A stretch of 64,000 nt of DNA. Source: Octopus sinensis. Its lineage: Eukaryota. The position numbers and the translations under genes are program-made. A model generated the notes under the pieces. It had not been told where the DNA came from. It was given only the letters and a program-made list of their open reading frames with translations, and ran no database searches. Numbering within the stretch: the first letter of the stretch is position 1; every line of letters starts with the position of its first letter. This document shows, one piece after another, positions 25,094 to 39,801 of the stretch. The stretch spans positions 30,194,001-30,258,000 of the forward strand of contig NC_043008.1 of NCBI RefSeq assembly GCF_006345805.1. Reading direction: 5' to 3'.

Positions 25094-25259
25094 AAACACA
25101 CTTGTTTCAGAGGTGCTTGTTATAGATGAACAAAAGTGTTACATCATCCCCAAAAGCATTTTAATTAGTTGAATACAGGTGAGAATTAACAGTAAAAAAA
25201 TATAACTAAACAAGACACTGCCAGATGACTCAATCGACCTGATTTCAAATAATGAATAT

Positions 25260-25315
<56 letters not shown>

Positions 25316-25319
25316 AAAG

Positions 25320-25520
25320 TTAATCCAAACAAGAAAACAAAAAGACAACAACGAAAAGAGGTGGAACAATTAAAGTATTATTAGGCCCTCAGGAAAAAAG
25401 GGAAGAAGGAGGGCATGACGTTTCGAGCGGAGCTCTTCGTCGGAAACATAAGAGAAAGAAAGATGCCGAGGTGGGAGGACAGAGGGGAAAAAAACGCGAG
25501 TGGTCTTCACGAGGTAAACA
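25320..25520 (-). mobile_element. Short PLE-type end with hammerhead variant (CCGACGA)
   Basis: Minus strand gttt-CCGACGA-agagctccgctc-GAAAC-GTC-atgc at about 25413-25448. U4 is changed to C and stem I is weak. Abuts (TA)n. Confidence 0.6.
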
Positions 25521-25647
25521 TACTCAACATATATATATAATAAGAGTAAATAATTCCTATAATGGTTTTAAAAAAACAACAACAATTATTTACTGGTAGA
25601 ATTCGGTATGTAAATATAACCGATTAACGGTAGAAACTTCTGTAAAG

Positions 25648-25679
<32 letters not shown>

Positions 25680-25860
25680 CGGGAAGCTTTATGAAAATAA
25701 ACAAAAGACGAAGGCAGGTGGAAAACAAACGAACAATTGTATTAGTATGGCGCTCAGGAAATATAAATAAAACAAGTCTTTAACGTTTCGAGCCTACGCT
25801 CTTCAACAGAAAGATACACAGAGAGAGAAAAACACAGAAAGAAGGAGATATAAACGCTAA
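25680..25860 (-). mobile_element. Short PLE-type end with hammerhead variant (CTGTTGA)
   Basis: Minus strand cttt-CTGTTGA-agagcgtaggctc-GAAAC-GTT-aaag at about 25778-25813. Stems I and II pair; A6 is changed to U. Abuts (TA)n. Confidence 0.6.
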
Positions 25861-26794
25861 AGTAAGAATCGATAATTCCACGTCCTCAAACCTTGTTTAT
25901 TACAGTGTTACACACAATATATAAACTTGAAACCTCGGTCCGACACGTGTTTCAACTGCATAGATATCCAAATTTATGGCATGCAGTTGCATCGTGTTGG
26001 TTCAATTGCAAAATGAGTTCATCCAAAGTAAACATATTCATGCAGTGTTATTCAAGATGTTGCCACTACGAGGCTTTAGAATTTAGTGAAGTATTAGGAT
26101 TTCACAGTGAAATGAAGCATTAGGATATTTGAGCGAGGTTAAGAATTAAGATATCTTAAATATACAATCTGTATACACCATAAAATCTAAACAAGCGAAT
26201 TCAGGATTTACTCAATAGACGAAATGCCATGTGATTGTTTACCGTAAACAATTTCATGTTGTTGTATATCACTTGATGTACTTAAACAGAACCTGGATTA
26301 CACCATGTGTGTGTGAGTGTGTGTTTGTGTGAGTGTGTTTGTGTGTGTGTGTGTATGCACTGAAAACTTACAAACGTATATCATATATTCATATTTTTGT
26401 ACATAAAGCCAAGTCAGATTTCCTTATAATATCTTTTAACAAGATGTTCCAAGTTATATCAATATATGCAATATTATTAAGGAATTTGGGAAATGGCCAC
26501 GATTTATAACTTCTGATATATTTATTTTGTTTTCTACAAGACGCTGCGTATGTAATTGAGGAAAATTCGTTGTACGGAGAGATTTTACTTGTGTCAATGT
26601 CCATCTGCCAAACAGTCTCTGTTTTTGATATATGATGTTAGACACGGATAATATCAAATATTAATATTTAAAATGATTTCACTATACTCCTCAGACAGAT
26701 ATAAGATAATACACATATGCAAATACACACACAAAGGTACAAACTTTCACGCACGTGCACAAACACACATTAGCAACCAGTGGAGTGATAAAAT

Positions 26795-27070
<276 letters not shown>

Positions 27071-27185
27071 GGAATTCGACTAAGGATAGAAAACTCCGAA
27101 CGACCCGTCCTTGTTTTTATGTATCGTCTGTCTGGATGTTTTGCGTTCTTGGCTCATTTTTGTATTAATACATACATACACACAC

Positions 27186-27216
<31 letters not shown>

Positions 27217-28124
27217 CATAGCATGTAGTAGTAGTAATAGTAGTGTGTGTGAGAGCAGTAATATGATGTTATTTTACGTACTTCAGTCATTGGGCTGCAG
27301 CCATATTTTCTACCTTAAGTCTTTAAGCAATAATTTTTCCCTAGAATCTATTTTTAAGTATGCCACTTATTTTAATTAAGGACGAAATTATGTGAACATT
27401 CATGTACGAATAAATATACATATTTCCTTCAACACGTTTTGCTTAAGAAACCTACATTCACATAGAGACAAGCTTTATTAAATTATAAAGGGTACGAAAC
27501 TAGTGATACTACAACGTGATCGTAGCCAATCTGGAATTTAACCCTGAACTATAGATAGGTAGATGTTTTTTGTGCGCGGAGTTCAACTATATTCTAATGG
27601 CAATTATTTGCAACCAGCTTCGTTTATCGATAATCAACTCATGTGTATATATTGCCACGTTAGACGACTTGCTGTCGACAATCCAGTAATACAATTGGTT
27701 GTATTGCATTCCATGATACCAATAGTGCTTACTTAGCAACCGTAAACATGCATATTCACAGAAATACACAGACGCACACAAGCATATACTCACATGCACA
27801 CAGCGACACTCTCATTTATAAAAACACATACACACACACGCAAGAACACAAACACCTGCACACATAGAGATATACTGTTATTCCAGATTTTACAGTATGT
27901 CATAGTATTACCAAATATACACGAAGCAAACTACACTGTACAAATAATCATTGGATCTATCTCCAATAAATATATAAAGTCTATTTTGTACCATGTATTG
28001 AATACGACACCTAAACATAGTCCACTGCATCTGAAAAGAATTCATGAAAGATAATATAGCATATATACTTACATAACATATGTAGATATAAATAAATATA
28101 CATACTTATATATATGTTTATATA

Positions 28125-29330
28125 TAAAATATTATTTGAGACAAAACCACTATTTTGCAAAACAAACAAGGAAAGACTTAATCAATACATAAAATTTAAT
28201 AAATAGTCAAAGAAACCGCCACTACAATCGTTTCTTGTCTTGATCGACAATCTTCAGGTGGACTTCCAATCTAAAAAATCAAAATTTTAAAATATAAAAA
28301 TAATACTTTTAAATAATTAAAGTATAAATGAAAAAATATAAGTATATAATCCATATATAACCTATATATAATCCATATCGAAAATATAGACTAATTACCA
28401 CGAATTCCCTAAAAAAAAACCATGATAAAACAAAACTCTTAAAAACATATAACGATAAAATCTACCTTTGCTAAACTCTATAACAAACCTATAAAGTAAA
28501 CCCCCTACCTAAACATTCACACACAAATACACACACGTAAACCACAGACTCACGACTTATACACATACCTATACTAACTTATAAACTCAATATACACCAA
28601 AACCCACTCCCTCCCCACACAGACAAATTAACACATACATCCCAAAACCTAAATAACAAACCATATACACATTCACACACAAAACACACACTCACACGCA
28701 AAACACTCACACACAAAAGATACATATACTCCCTCACATATACGCCTATACATACTCACTAAACTCGACATATACAACAATACTTACACACCCACAAAAA
28801 ACATTATATACATTTATGAGCTTTAACTCACCTTAGCATCTCTAACAAACAACTTGCAGTAACCCAATCCCATTCTCTATACCTACCTCACTACTACACT
28901 ATTCCATTCACATTCCAAGCAACGCTAGTCCACCACCCGGTTATTCACGTGGCAAAACGAACACCACTCAAAAATTATGAATGAAACAATGTAAAAAAAT
29001 AACCAACACCTAAAATAGACAAAATACCACAAATTACCTAAAAAAAACCATGATAAACCAAAACTCATAAAAGCATATAACGATAAAATCTCCCTTTGCT
29101 AAACCCTATAACAAACTTATATAGCAATCCCCCTAACCTAAACATTCACACACAAAAAACCACACGTAAACCACAGACCCAAAACTTATACACAAACCTA
29201 TACTAACTTATAAACCTCAATATACACCAAAAACCACTCCCTCCCCACACAGACAAATTAACACATACATCCCAATCCTAAATAACAAACCCAAATACAC
29301 ATTCACACACAAACACACACACACACAAAA
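28125..29330 (-). mobile_element. Copy B of the non-coding HHR-bearing element (rearranged, truncated)
   Basis: 28125-28380 is nearly identical to 21932-22190. Followed by the same internal modules in a different order. Confidence 0.8.
28219..28261 (-). ncRNA. Minimal type I hammerhead ribozyme (copy B)
   Basis: Same sequence as 22028-22070. Confidence 0.8.
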
Positions 29331-32051
29331 CACATATATATATATGTGTGTGTGTGTGTGTTTATACATACATATATATACATATGCATGTACACCTTGT
29401 TCAGTTTATTTCTCCCCTCCTCCACCTCCTCCCTCCCACTCTCTGTGTCCCAGTTTCTCCAGCACACTCAGTCACATACACACACAAAGGCACATACACT
29501 TATAATACACTGCCATTGCTTCCTTTTCTCTTTTACTCGTTTTCTCTTTCGATCTCCTACTGTTCTTCTTTTCTCTTATTACTTCCTCTGTCTCTCCACT
29601 CACCATTTAATCGTCTTTTGAAGTCTTGCCGTTATGTATATATACATATGCACACACATATTCATTTATTTATATATAAAAGTTTAAGTGATTTCGCACG
29701 CGGAAATTTATATTGAAGAAGTAAAAACAATTTTCATTGTGAACTTTATCGTGGAAAAATAGTATAACAGCATTTACATTCCTAAGCAGCAACTGGTTTA
29801 TATCGCTTTAATAAGACGTTGAAGTCACGCTGAAACAAAAAAAGAAAATAAATAAATTGAAATAAATTTAATTGAATTATTCAATCTCTCATAATATCAT
29901 TTCTGGTAATTGACGTGTTTTTCTCATAGAGATCGTACGGTGCAGGATTTTTCTTGATTGTAACTGGGTAGCAGTTAACAGCAATAAAAGCCGTCTCTTA
30001 GTGAAAGGACCAGCAGTTAGGGCTATTGGTGTTAGCAGCAGCAGTTATGGCTCTCAGTTTCTAAAGCTATTGTCGAATTTTTTGAATTTAGTAAGACTTG
30101 TAGCAGAGCTAGTGGTGTTTGTCTCCCTTTCTCTGCAACAAGAACTTAAACACGGTTGGTATTTTGTTATATACAACTTTTATATGAGGCTGAGTTATAT
30201 TAGCACTGAACTTATATATAGGGAAAAATCGTAGGCATTGGTTGTTTTCACTGCTTTTCTGCCACATTATACATAATGCTGTTTGCTTGTAGTTCCTTAT
30301 TCTAATTTACGACCTACACAGTGTCATGGATATCGTAAATCGTATCTTTTCTGACCAATGACCAAATTGAATAAACCCCGAGGATTTTTTTCTTTTGCAT
30401 AGTTTTGGTTTTCAGATCCACAAGTAAAGTTATTCATTATTGTTTAGGTGTGTTCTTCTTTGAAGCGGATCATTGAACTTTCTCTCAAATTAAAACATAT
30501 ACTACAGATGGGTATTCTCTATATTTATTGTTGATTTTTTAGTTATTGTGTGAAGTTAGTCCTTTGTTATTATATTTTCCATTGCTTAAATTGTCTTTTA
30601 CACTTTATGGTGGTAAGTTTGGATATGGTTTACCCCCCGGTCCTTTATTAGTAACGATATGTTTTAGAATATGATGTTGGAGCCCTTTAGCTTTGGCGAT
30701 ACTAGGTCATGTATTGTAGGACACGCATTTCTCACGTATTTCTTCACCTTATTTGTTTCGAGTTACTGGATACTGAATTTCTTGGCTACTTACATTCCAT
30801 TATCTATGAAACATAGCAAGTAATTTCTGCCAACAGGTATATTCTTCAGTTCTCAGTCTTATGTTACGGGTGTTTGTATTGGATTCTATAGCACAAATGA
30901 TTTTGGGTAGGATATAAAGGAAATTTATTCAGCTGTGTCTTTGATAGTATGAAGTGGATTGAAGATACTATTTGAACTCCATTTGTGTATAATAAATGTC
31001 CTTTTATTTTTTGCTGTTTTGATTTTCTTCAAAAGAATGCCTAAAATGGGAGTTGGTTCTGGCTATGTCCCATTGTGAATTGAATACTTTTATTAATTTC
31101 ATTAACGAATGTTTCAAAATATTTTACTTTATCTATGCCTTCCTTCAATGAAACAATAGTCAAAGTACCTGCACCAGGTTTCTTGTATGTATATGGGAAA
31201 ATAGGCTCCATATTTCTCCTAATATAAAATGTAATTTATAGGTAGCCTATAACTAGATTCGCAAAACAAGGGACTGTTTTCCTCCGCATCACAGTCACAG
31301 ACTTTGTCGTAATATGTCATTAAAGGTAGAATAATTATTTTCTACGATAAATTGTTGTCCTTGTTACGGAGTTCTTTATGTGATAGGGATTTTCATATAC
31401 TCGGATATATACACTTCATAATAATGGTATAATAGGGAAATCTTGATAAAACATGAGACAGGCAGCGACCAGCTAGATATAATAAGGCTCTACATATACA
31501 TTGAGTATTTTGTTGTTCATATAATCATGTATGGACCTATATGTATATGCATGGGTATGTTTGATTTTCATGCCTGTGGATATTTTATGTTCAGTACGTG
31601 TATAAGCGTATTTGTTTAATGTGTATACTTTGATTACAATAGAGAAAAATATATAAATAAAATCGAATATAGTACATATCGATTTTGAATGCAAACACAT
31701 GCCAATTCTCACATCCTCAAGCACCAGTCTTCTTATCCATACTCCGTCATTCGTCCACTGTCAACACTTGCGCACTTTGCAACATAGTTAACATTCAAGA
31801 AAAAAATTGATGCATACCAGACAGTAACTAAGAGAATACATTATTTACTGTCTAACACATACGAAAAATATTTCCTAATAACTTTTGCGTTATTCTTATG
31901 TATTCATTCTTCACGTGAAATTGTATGTGAACTAAAGAAAGGAACCGAACAATGTAGTCGAGAATAAAATTGTATATGTATGTATGTATAGATGTATGTG
32001 TCTGTATGTATGTGCATATACATGTGTATATTCATATGTATGTATATATGC

Positions 32052-32115
<64 letters not shown>

Positions 32116-32205
32116 ATATAATATATATATATATGCATGTATACATACACACATACATACACATGTATGTATGTATACGTATATATACATATATACATAT
32201 GTATG

Positions 32206-32236
<31 letters not shown>

Positions 32237-33649
32237 TATATATATGTGTGTGTGTGCGTGTGTGTGTTGCGATAATCACGCTATTTCTGCACCTTTATTG
32301 TTATCAATGTTGTAGCTGCAAACAAATATTTCCGAAAAGAGAAATACAAATTGATTCATATCAAAATATAAGAAATATGTTAAATAATTACCCAAATTAT
32401 TAGACAGGTGTTATATATTGTTAATGTGTAAATATATGCTAAATAAAAGAACATACATATTTTCATTTAGTTATTTCTACATCCTACATAAACACCCACA
32501 GATGCATATGTATATATATATCTTTATATGTATATATGTACTTTTAGTATGTATTAGAAGTATAATACTTCCAAAGCCTTGTGCTGATTTTCACGATTTC
32601 AATCTTCGAGCTGTAGTACAGATTAGATCGAGAAAATCTACCATGTGTAGTTTTTCATATACGAAAAAGCAATATAAAAACACGAAAATAATCTTTCATA
32701 CGAAACGAACACTGAAAACATGAATGGTTTGAGAAAAAAGTACAGAATACTGTTCATAAAGAAAAAAATCTTTGGAATTGATATTATGCTTTGATTGTAT
32801 GCTGCGTGAGAGAGAACGTGATCTTGTATGTTGTATTTCTGGGAGAACACGCTAGATGGGTAAAGCTATGTATTTATAAGCTTAAGTTGTTTTATAAAGA
32901 GAGGAGATAGATAAACATAAAATGGGGAACATATTTTGAAAGTGTTATTCATAAACATAGCTTTTCAGAGTAGTACTTTTCTTTTGAAAATTGGTGTGAC
33001 GTGACTATATTATGAAAAGCAATCAATATTTTATACGTAGCCAAATTGGCGATAGGAGAATATAGAAACCAGTGTAAATCTTGGTATAAATTTTGTATTT
33101 TAGGAAATAATTAAAGCTTCCCTCCCCAGTTAGATGTTCAAGAGTGATACCTCTTGAAACTTTTGATTTCCTTACTGCAAAGATATGTATGTGTGCATGT
33201 AGACTTTCCACTAGAGACTCACGTTTGTGCACATATAAAAGTGATTACATTTTCTCACATATATTCAAAAGCTTATATAAATATGTAAGCACATGCAAGT
33301 GTACATACAACTGCTTGTTTGCACCTTTCATACAAACATGCGATATTTAAACAGAATTCAAGTCACACAAATTAGCTTCTTATGCTTACAAAATGGGCTT
33401 TCAAAGTACAAGTATATGTAAGTTAATATAATACACTCCTTTCTACGGGCAGACACCGCATGCCATATAATCCATATAATCAATCAGACTGTGTTACTTG
33501 TATGAATTTACAAAAAAAAAGCGCATAGCACATGAATGAACTGTTGTATTTGAAAATAAATTGGTAGAAATCATCGAGTAAATCTTTTTATCACACCTAT
33601 TCAATGAATCTACCATTAACGTCAATGGTTGATTTAATATTGGGTTGGA

Positions 33650-34270
33650 GGTCTTGACATGCCTGAATTAGATGATCGTTCTCAATTTTGGACAAGGTGC
33701 TGGTTATGGCTGACTTTAAGAGATTGTATGGTGTTATGTGGCAGTTGGTTGAACTCACTCTCTCTTCTATGCACCATACATAATATTCCAGTGAATTGAG
33801 GTTGTACGAAATAGAATGCCTTGCTGGAAGACGTACGGTCTTCCGTTGAGTACTCTGTCAATTCGGAGCCTCGCACCTTGTTGTAGACAGTGACATTGAC
33901 TCTCTTAAGCCCGGTGAAAAGTAGGTGAGGAGACATGGCATCTCTCTCCCGTTTCTGACAATTCTCAGAACCGTCTCAGTTCCTGGCGACTTAGTATGTA
34001 TGACCGTTTACCTTTCGGTCCTGATGTTTGTGTTTTAACTTGTTTTGCAAGCGCTTTGCCACATTCAATATTAACTGACCCTGCCACATTACATGCAACG
34101 CGTAGTGGATGCCCTCATGCCCAACTCTTAAGAAGGTGTATTCTGAAACCTTGAGGCCCTTTGCAGTGACTGAGATTGACTTCCGGATTTTTTCTATTAT
34201 TTCTTTAACTTTTTGTTCTATGTGTCCTGTTGGTATTAGGACCCTGCGCATGCACTTTACCATTAGTTAT
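33650..34270 (-). mobile_element. Decayed Tc1/mariner (DD37D/maT-like) transposase
   Basis: Mixed-frame translation gives RKSISVTAKGLKVSEYT, QDRKVN, MSPHLLFTGLKRVN, NGRPYVFQQ, HNTIQSLK. Colinear with the copy at 37713. Confidence 0.7.
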
Positions 34271-37200
34271 TGATTTACCTATCTGCAGTATTAGATTCAA
34301 TAAAAGAGATTTGACATGTCATTTTTCAATACATTAAGAAACTTTTGATGTGACATTCAGAAATATTTCCTTCAAAGATGTATATATTCCTCTGAAATTG
34401 ATAATCTCTCAAATAGTACTCTCACAATACACTTCACTGCAGTGGCAAAACTAGACTTTTAAAATTTCGCTCGTTCTGTATATGCTATGAACATTCCATG
34501 TCGTTTCTTCAGTGGACTGATTCAGATTAACGACATAAATTGAATGAATTTGTTAAAGCTAGGGCAGTTTATTGCAAGGAATCTACAGTATGAGCATGTT
34601 AAAACTATTTATTGAATGTTTGTGTGGTATGTACATTTCGAGTGGATCCTATATTGAGCATCGTAGCTGTTAATGTCAGAATACGAAACAATTTCGCCAG
34701 GATGTATTTCATTGCCTCCTTTCAATAACGATATTACACCCTCTATGCGCCGCCATCAATCTTGATATTCACTTTATAGAAAAATGGGGGTAGAGAATCA
34801 ATTTTTTGCTTGATCTAAAGGAATTCGTGGGTTACATATGACAAATCTCAATGTATAAGCACAATGTTATTTATTGTAATAATATCTGTCGCATTTTTCT
34901 TCAAAATGAATGAGAAGAATGTCACTACAGTTGCTTTTTTGTTCGTCGAAATAAAGGACATAGGTTATGTGATATCTGGGAATGGATTAAGGATATGAAT
35001 AGCCCGATAGCCAAATACTATTTAAATCAAAAATAATATGAACGGTAATCACGAATATCTAATAGATGATCTCTGCAGGAAACGCAGTGGAATACGAGTA
35101 CAATCAAACTGACTCGGTGGCCTCGTTTTGGAACAGAATATATGAAAGAGAAAGGATCCTAACTGCAGTTCATCATATATCTGACAGAATAGTGACATCC
35201 CAGGAATAAACAACAATATAACTTGCTTTAATATTCTCATGGAGTAAATAGGTAAGCAAACAATGCTTATGCACTCTCTCTCTTCCTCCCTCTATCTCTC
35301 ACCCCTTCTCTCCCCTTTTCATTCCCTACCCATTGATGCATCTCCCTTGTTCCTTCTAATCTCTCGCATTTAGCGCTAATTTTTCTTGGATACACGTGAA
35401 AGGAAACAAAACGTATTTGCCCAATATTAGAGCCCCATTCAAACGACTTGGGTTTATTTTCATGATACACAAATACGGTGTAATTATCAGGAGATAACGT
35501 AAATTTATGCCATTCATATCTTTAATGAGATCAGTACTTGGTGTAAATATGATAGTTTGCTACTACTTTAAGACCTACTTGCACCGAAATCTTACATCTA
35601 AATCAATGTATCTTGTCACATAAAACAGAGCGAGGTGGAATTTTGTGACAATTAACCTTTAGCTGAATGCAATTAAGGGAGTTATCTCCTATCAACCAAG
35701 AATTGAGATAATGTATGTACGTCTCGCTTTGCCAGTAGTTTACAGTATTATTGTTATTCATTTGAGTCCATTTATCCCTGACTGAGAAAATCTGAGATCG
35801 ACGATTTTCCTGCCATAAACATGTCTCCGCTTTCAGGCATAATATCTCTTTCATTGAATTATACAATATATCATTTCTATTTTCATGACTGATTTCAAGG
35901 AAAACTGGTTACTACTTATCGTTGTTCAATTATCGACGCAGAGGCTCTTCCTTAAGTTAAATAGCATACTTCTTCTTCAATGTAACTTACCGCACCAAAC
36001 AAAAGTATATCATGATGAAGAAGCCTCAATTCTTAAGTGCGATGAATAATACACTTTTCCCAGTGAAAATAACAGTGTATATAAAATTAATTCGCTTCAG
36101 AAACAAGTATTCACACTACGACCCTGTTTGCAAATAATGTTCTTATTCAGTTGAGACGATGAGACAAAAAGATTTGGGAAAGAAAAATATTTCTTGGACT
36201 GTGTTGCTTAAAGAGGTCACTTCCCGCTTCACAAATTATGAAAACATTTTTTGTTTTCATTTCCTCTTTAATTTCTAAATCGAAAATATTAATATTTCCC
36301 ATTGCTTCACACACTTCAACATTAATGTTATTATTGGAATAAATAGAAATATATTGCCGAATTCCAGAAGCTATTACACTTTAGAGCCAGAAAGCAACTA
36401 TTATGGACATTTATTTACGACCTCAATGACTCCTGCAGAACGAATCATTCCTCTTCCGACAAACATTAATTTAACAAATCAAAAACTAAAATAGATGCTG
36501 AAATACCATAATAGATTTATGCTTGGCAGTTTTAATCCCATTACATCTCTAACCCAACCAACACCCAAAGATGCACGGTGATCGTATTATGTTTACTACA
36601 TGAACATAATAATTATTATTTAGAAGATATATAAAATAATTAATTGATACATACAGTTTCAGTCTTCACTTAATTTTTCCCTCCATCTTCCGCTCTTTCT
36701 CGCACCCTCCTTTCTCGATGTTTGTCACTTTGCAATTATTTGATTTACTGGCTTATTTTTCCCCAATAAATTATAAACAGTATATTGAAAAGGAAGTGTT
36801 GGATTTTTTCTTTTAATTAGAAATTAATAATTAATATGAAGAAATGTGTCCTGCAACAGCTTATTGATCGCTTAATCAGAACGGAAGATTTCTGATTCCT
36901 GTAGTGCACAAGCCCGGTGTAATATAACGATGTGATGTCAAAATTATACAACATGGCTTCTTATCGAAAAAGATGAGTAGAACTGGGTCACAAGAAGAGA
37001 AGGAACATGCTATCGCTTATCTTAGTAGTTGCTAATACCTACAGTTTATGTAGATTAAACAGTCAAAATTAGTCAAAATATCCATTAAACAATTTTAGAA
37101 CAAGGTTATAATTCTTTTTTCTCTTCATATATATTCATACATATTCTTAATACTTTTTGTGAAAACTTAGAGTATTCTATTTGTTCTACAAAAAACTTTG

Positions 37201-37669
37201 AGAAAATGCGGAATGAGTAGGTGAATGGACTCGCTATTGGTCATAAATCTATGGTTCTATGGTATAGATGTATTACCGGCTGGTGTTGTGTTGGGTTCTT
37301 CCTTGATCAAACTAGTTTATTCATGATCATCTAGTTTATACTAATGGACACCAACTCAGTAAATAGAAAAGTCAGTCAAAATAAGCGAGAAACAAATCTC
37401 ACATACGAACAGCTCGAGAAACTTAATTGAAACGAAACCCATTGCTTTCGTTGCTTACTCACCGATATTCTACAATCTAGCAATTGAGGATTAAATCCCT
37501 TCCATCCATGACACCCAGTCTATGTTTTGACTCACCGATTCTTATTTAGATGCAGTTGGATGGGAAAATAGATGGTGTTTGTTCCCTGACCGAGTGTGTC
37601 GTTATGCTTTAGTCTTCTGTGTGTGTATCAGTGTGCGTATGTCCGTGTGCCTATGTCTGTGTGCCTGTG

Positions 37670-37712
<43 letters not shown>

Positions 37713-37719
<7 letters not shown>

Positions 37720-38957
37720 AGATGCGATGAGTAAACAGTTGCCATTCTGTATTTTTAATTTTGAGCATGCACATTGTTTGTTTTTTTTTTTTTTATTTTG
37801 TCAACTACACACTAAAGTAGGGTCAGCTGCGCACCGTCTGTGAGAAAAGCACCACCATAACGCAAATCACTCTGCGAAAATTGGAAACATCATTTCAGAG
37901 TGTTTGGGCATCAGTCTGAGGACAGTGCTGAGAATTCAGAAAGAGGTGGATGAATCAATTACTGATGAGGAAGGTACTGCATCTCGGAAATTTCACTCAG
38001 AACGTTCTGATAGGTAAAGAACTCCTGAATTTGTTGATGAGATCGAGGCCACGTTTGATAACGATACCTCCAAGTCAGTCTGCTCCATCGCGAGGGACAT
38101 GTGAGCGCCTCAATACACTTGGCATTCTTCATACAAGGTGAGAAAGAGTCAGTTGCTATCCCAAGCAGTCAAGGAGAAGAGGAGAAACCGTGCTACGAAG
38201 CTTTGAACAAACTCAAGCATCCCCTCCAACCGAATATGCTTTGGTTTTTCTCAGACGAGACAAATTTCTCCCAGGATCAAATGGTGTGCACACCGAACAA
38301 CCGTTCGCTTTCCGTGTCCCCAAAACATGCACCAAGCGTGATAAAAATCAAACTTTCAGTCAAGATTATGGTGTTTGGAGTGATCACTAGTGATGGCGAC
38401 GTTATGCCTATATTCATCTTCCCACACAGACTCAGACTCAACAGAGAGGCCTACATCCTGGGCCTAGAAGAGGTGATGCTTCCCGGAGTCAACGGGGTGG
38501 CTGCTTGAAGACCCTCTGCTTATCAACAGAACTCTGTACTACGCTACACAAGTAGGAGAACCCAGTCATGGATATCAGACAATTTCTGCGACCATATCAC
38601 ACGTAACATCTTGCCACTTAACACCAAAGACTGCAACCCCTTTGATTATTATGTGTGGGGCGCAGTTGAGCGAGAGAGCAACAAAACTTTTTGTAAGACC
38701 AAAGATGCATTGAAGGCAATTATTATGGCCACACTTACCAAGTTAAACAAGGGGATCGTTTAGAAGAGTTGCAGGAAATTCCGAAGTCCCTGGAGGCTGT
38801 GGCAGAAGTCAATGGCTTTTTTATTAAATAAATGTATTCGTTAGTATTCCACGATATTTGTATGTAACTTTTGTAAATATATCTGTTAAAATGAGTTGTC
38901 AGTGTTATTTTCATTTCTGCGTAATTTAGACGAGAATTTATTCACCGCAGCCTGTAC
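37713..38957 (+). mobile_element. Decayed full-length Tc1/mariner element, DD37D spacing
   Basis: MLWFFSDETNF, VMVFG-like KIMVFGVITSDGDV, QQ(N)S at 38530 and NPFDY at 38644 with exactly 37 intervening codons. Degenerate TIR-like ends (tatgcaagatgcgatgagtaaa / tttattcaccgcagcctgtac). Confidence 0.85.
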
Positions 38958-38980
38958 ACACACACACACACACACACACA

Positions 38981-39035
<55 letters not shown>

Positions 39036-39219
39036 ATATATATATACTAAGTAATTAAGGGTTCAGCAACGATTTGCCTCACCACACACCGAATTTAGAA
39101 ATAGCAGTCAAAGAGTTATAGCTATTCCTTTCTACTAAAAGGGAGATCTCAGTAAAGCCACAGCACTTGAAAGGCAAACACAGACAGGCAAGAGAGATCG
39201 ATCATACAATAAAAAGTCA

Positions 39220-39310
39220 CCTACGGACGTACGTTTCGAAATCAAGTTTTAGGAAAGCATAAGAATTAGATAATCCTGTCTTACCCAACTTCTTTTCTCA
39301 TCAGCGTAGG
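39220..39310 (-). ncRNA. Type I hammerhead ribozyme with extended stem II (minus-strand copy)
   Basis: Reverse complement of 39328-39418, one substitution in stem II. Confidence 0.8.
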
Positions 39311-39327
39311 ATTCATAATTGTAGTAT

Positions 39328-39418
39328 CCTACGCTGATGAGAAAAGAAGTTGGGTAAGACAGGATTATCTAATTATTATGCTTTCCTAAAACTTGATTTC
39401 GAAACGTACGTCCGTAGG
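39328..39418 (+). ncRNA. Type I hammerhead ribozyme with extended (60-nt) stem II
   Basis: cctacg-CTGATGA-gaaa...tttc-GAAAC-gtac-GTC^cgtagg: perfect 6-bp stem I, G10.1-C11.1 pair, palindromic stem III loop, GUC cleavage triplet. Confidence 0.85.
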
Positions 39419-39711
39419 TGACTTTTTATTGTATGATCGATTGTCGTCATTTTCTTTCTCTCTTGCCTGTCTGTGTTTGCCTTTCAAGTGCTGTGGCTTT
39501 ACTGAGATCTCCCTTTTAGTAGAAAGGAATAGCTATAACTCTTTGACTGCTATTTCTAAATTCGGTGTGTGGTGAGGCAAATCGTTGCTGAACCCTTAAT
39601 TACTTAGTATTACTTAAACTTTCCTCAAATGGGGCTTTTACATGCCGAAATCTACATGGTGAAATTGATAATTATTCCAAATTAATTAATTTCACCCTAC
39701 ATTATTACTGA

Positions 39712-39792
<81 letters not shown>

Positions 39793-39801
39793 ATTTTTCT
39801 T

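Larger units (their letters stand above)
39044..39610. repeat. Long fold-back inverted repeat of a PLE-type end (arms 39044-39312 and 39326-39610, 13-nt spacer)
   Basis: Arms are reverse complements apart from one ~16-bp indel and rare substitutions. Confidence 0.95.

Noticed and set aside
26539-26634. Exon-like DAAYVIEENSLYGEILLVS segment (vaguely cadherin-like)
   Set aside because: Ends in a stop with no donor site and lacks the DxD/DxNDN motifs.
30480-31480. Possible decayed PLE RT on the minus strand (NGT*-like motif near 31065)
   Set aside because: Insufficient colinear motifs.
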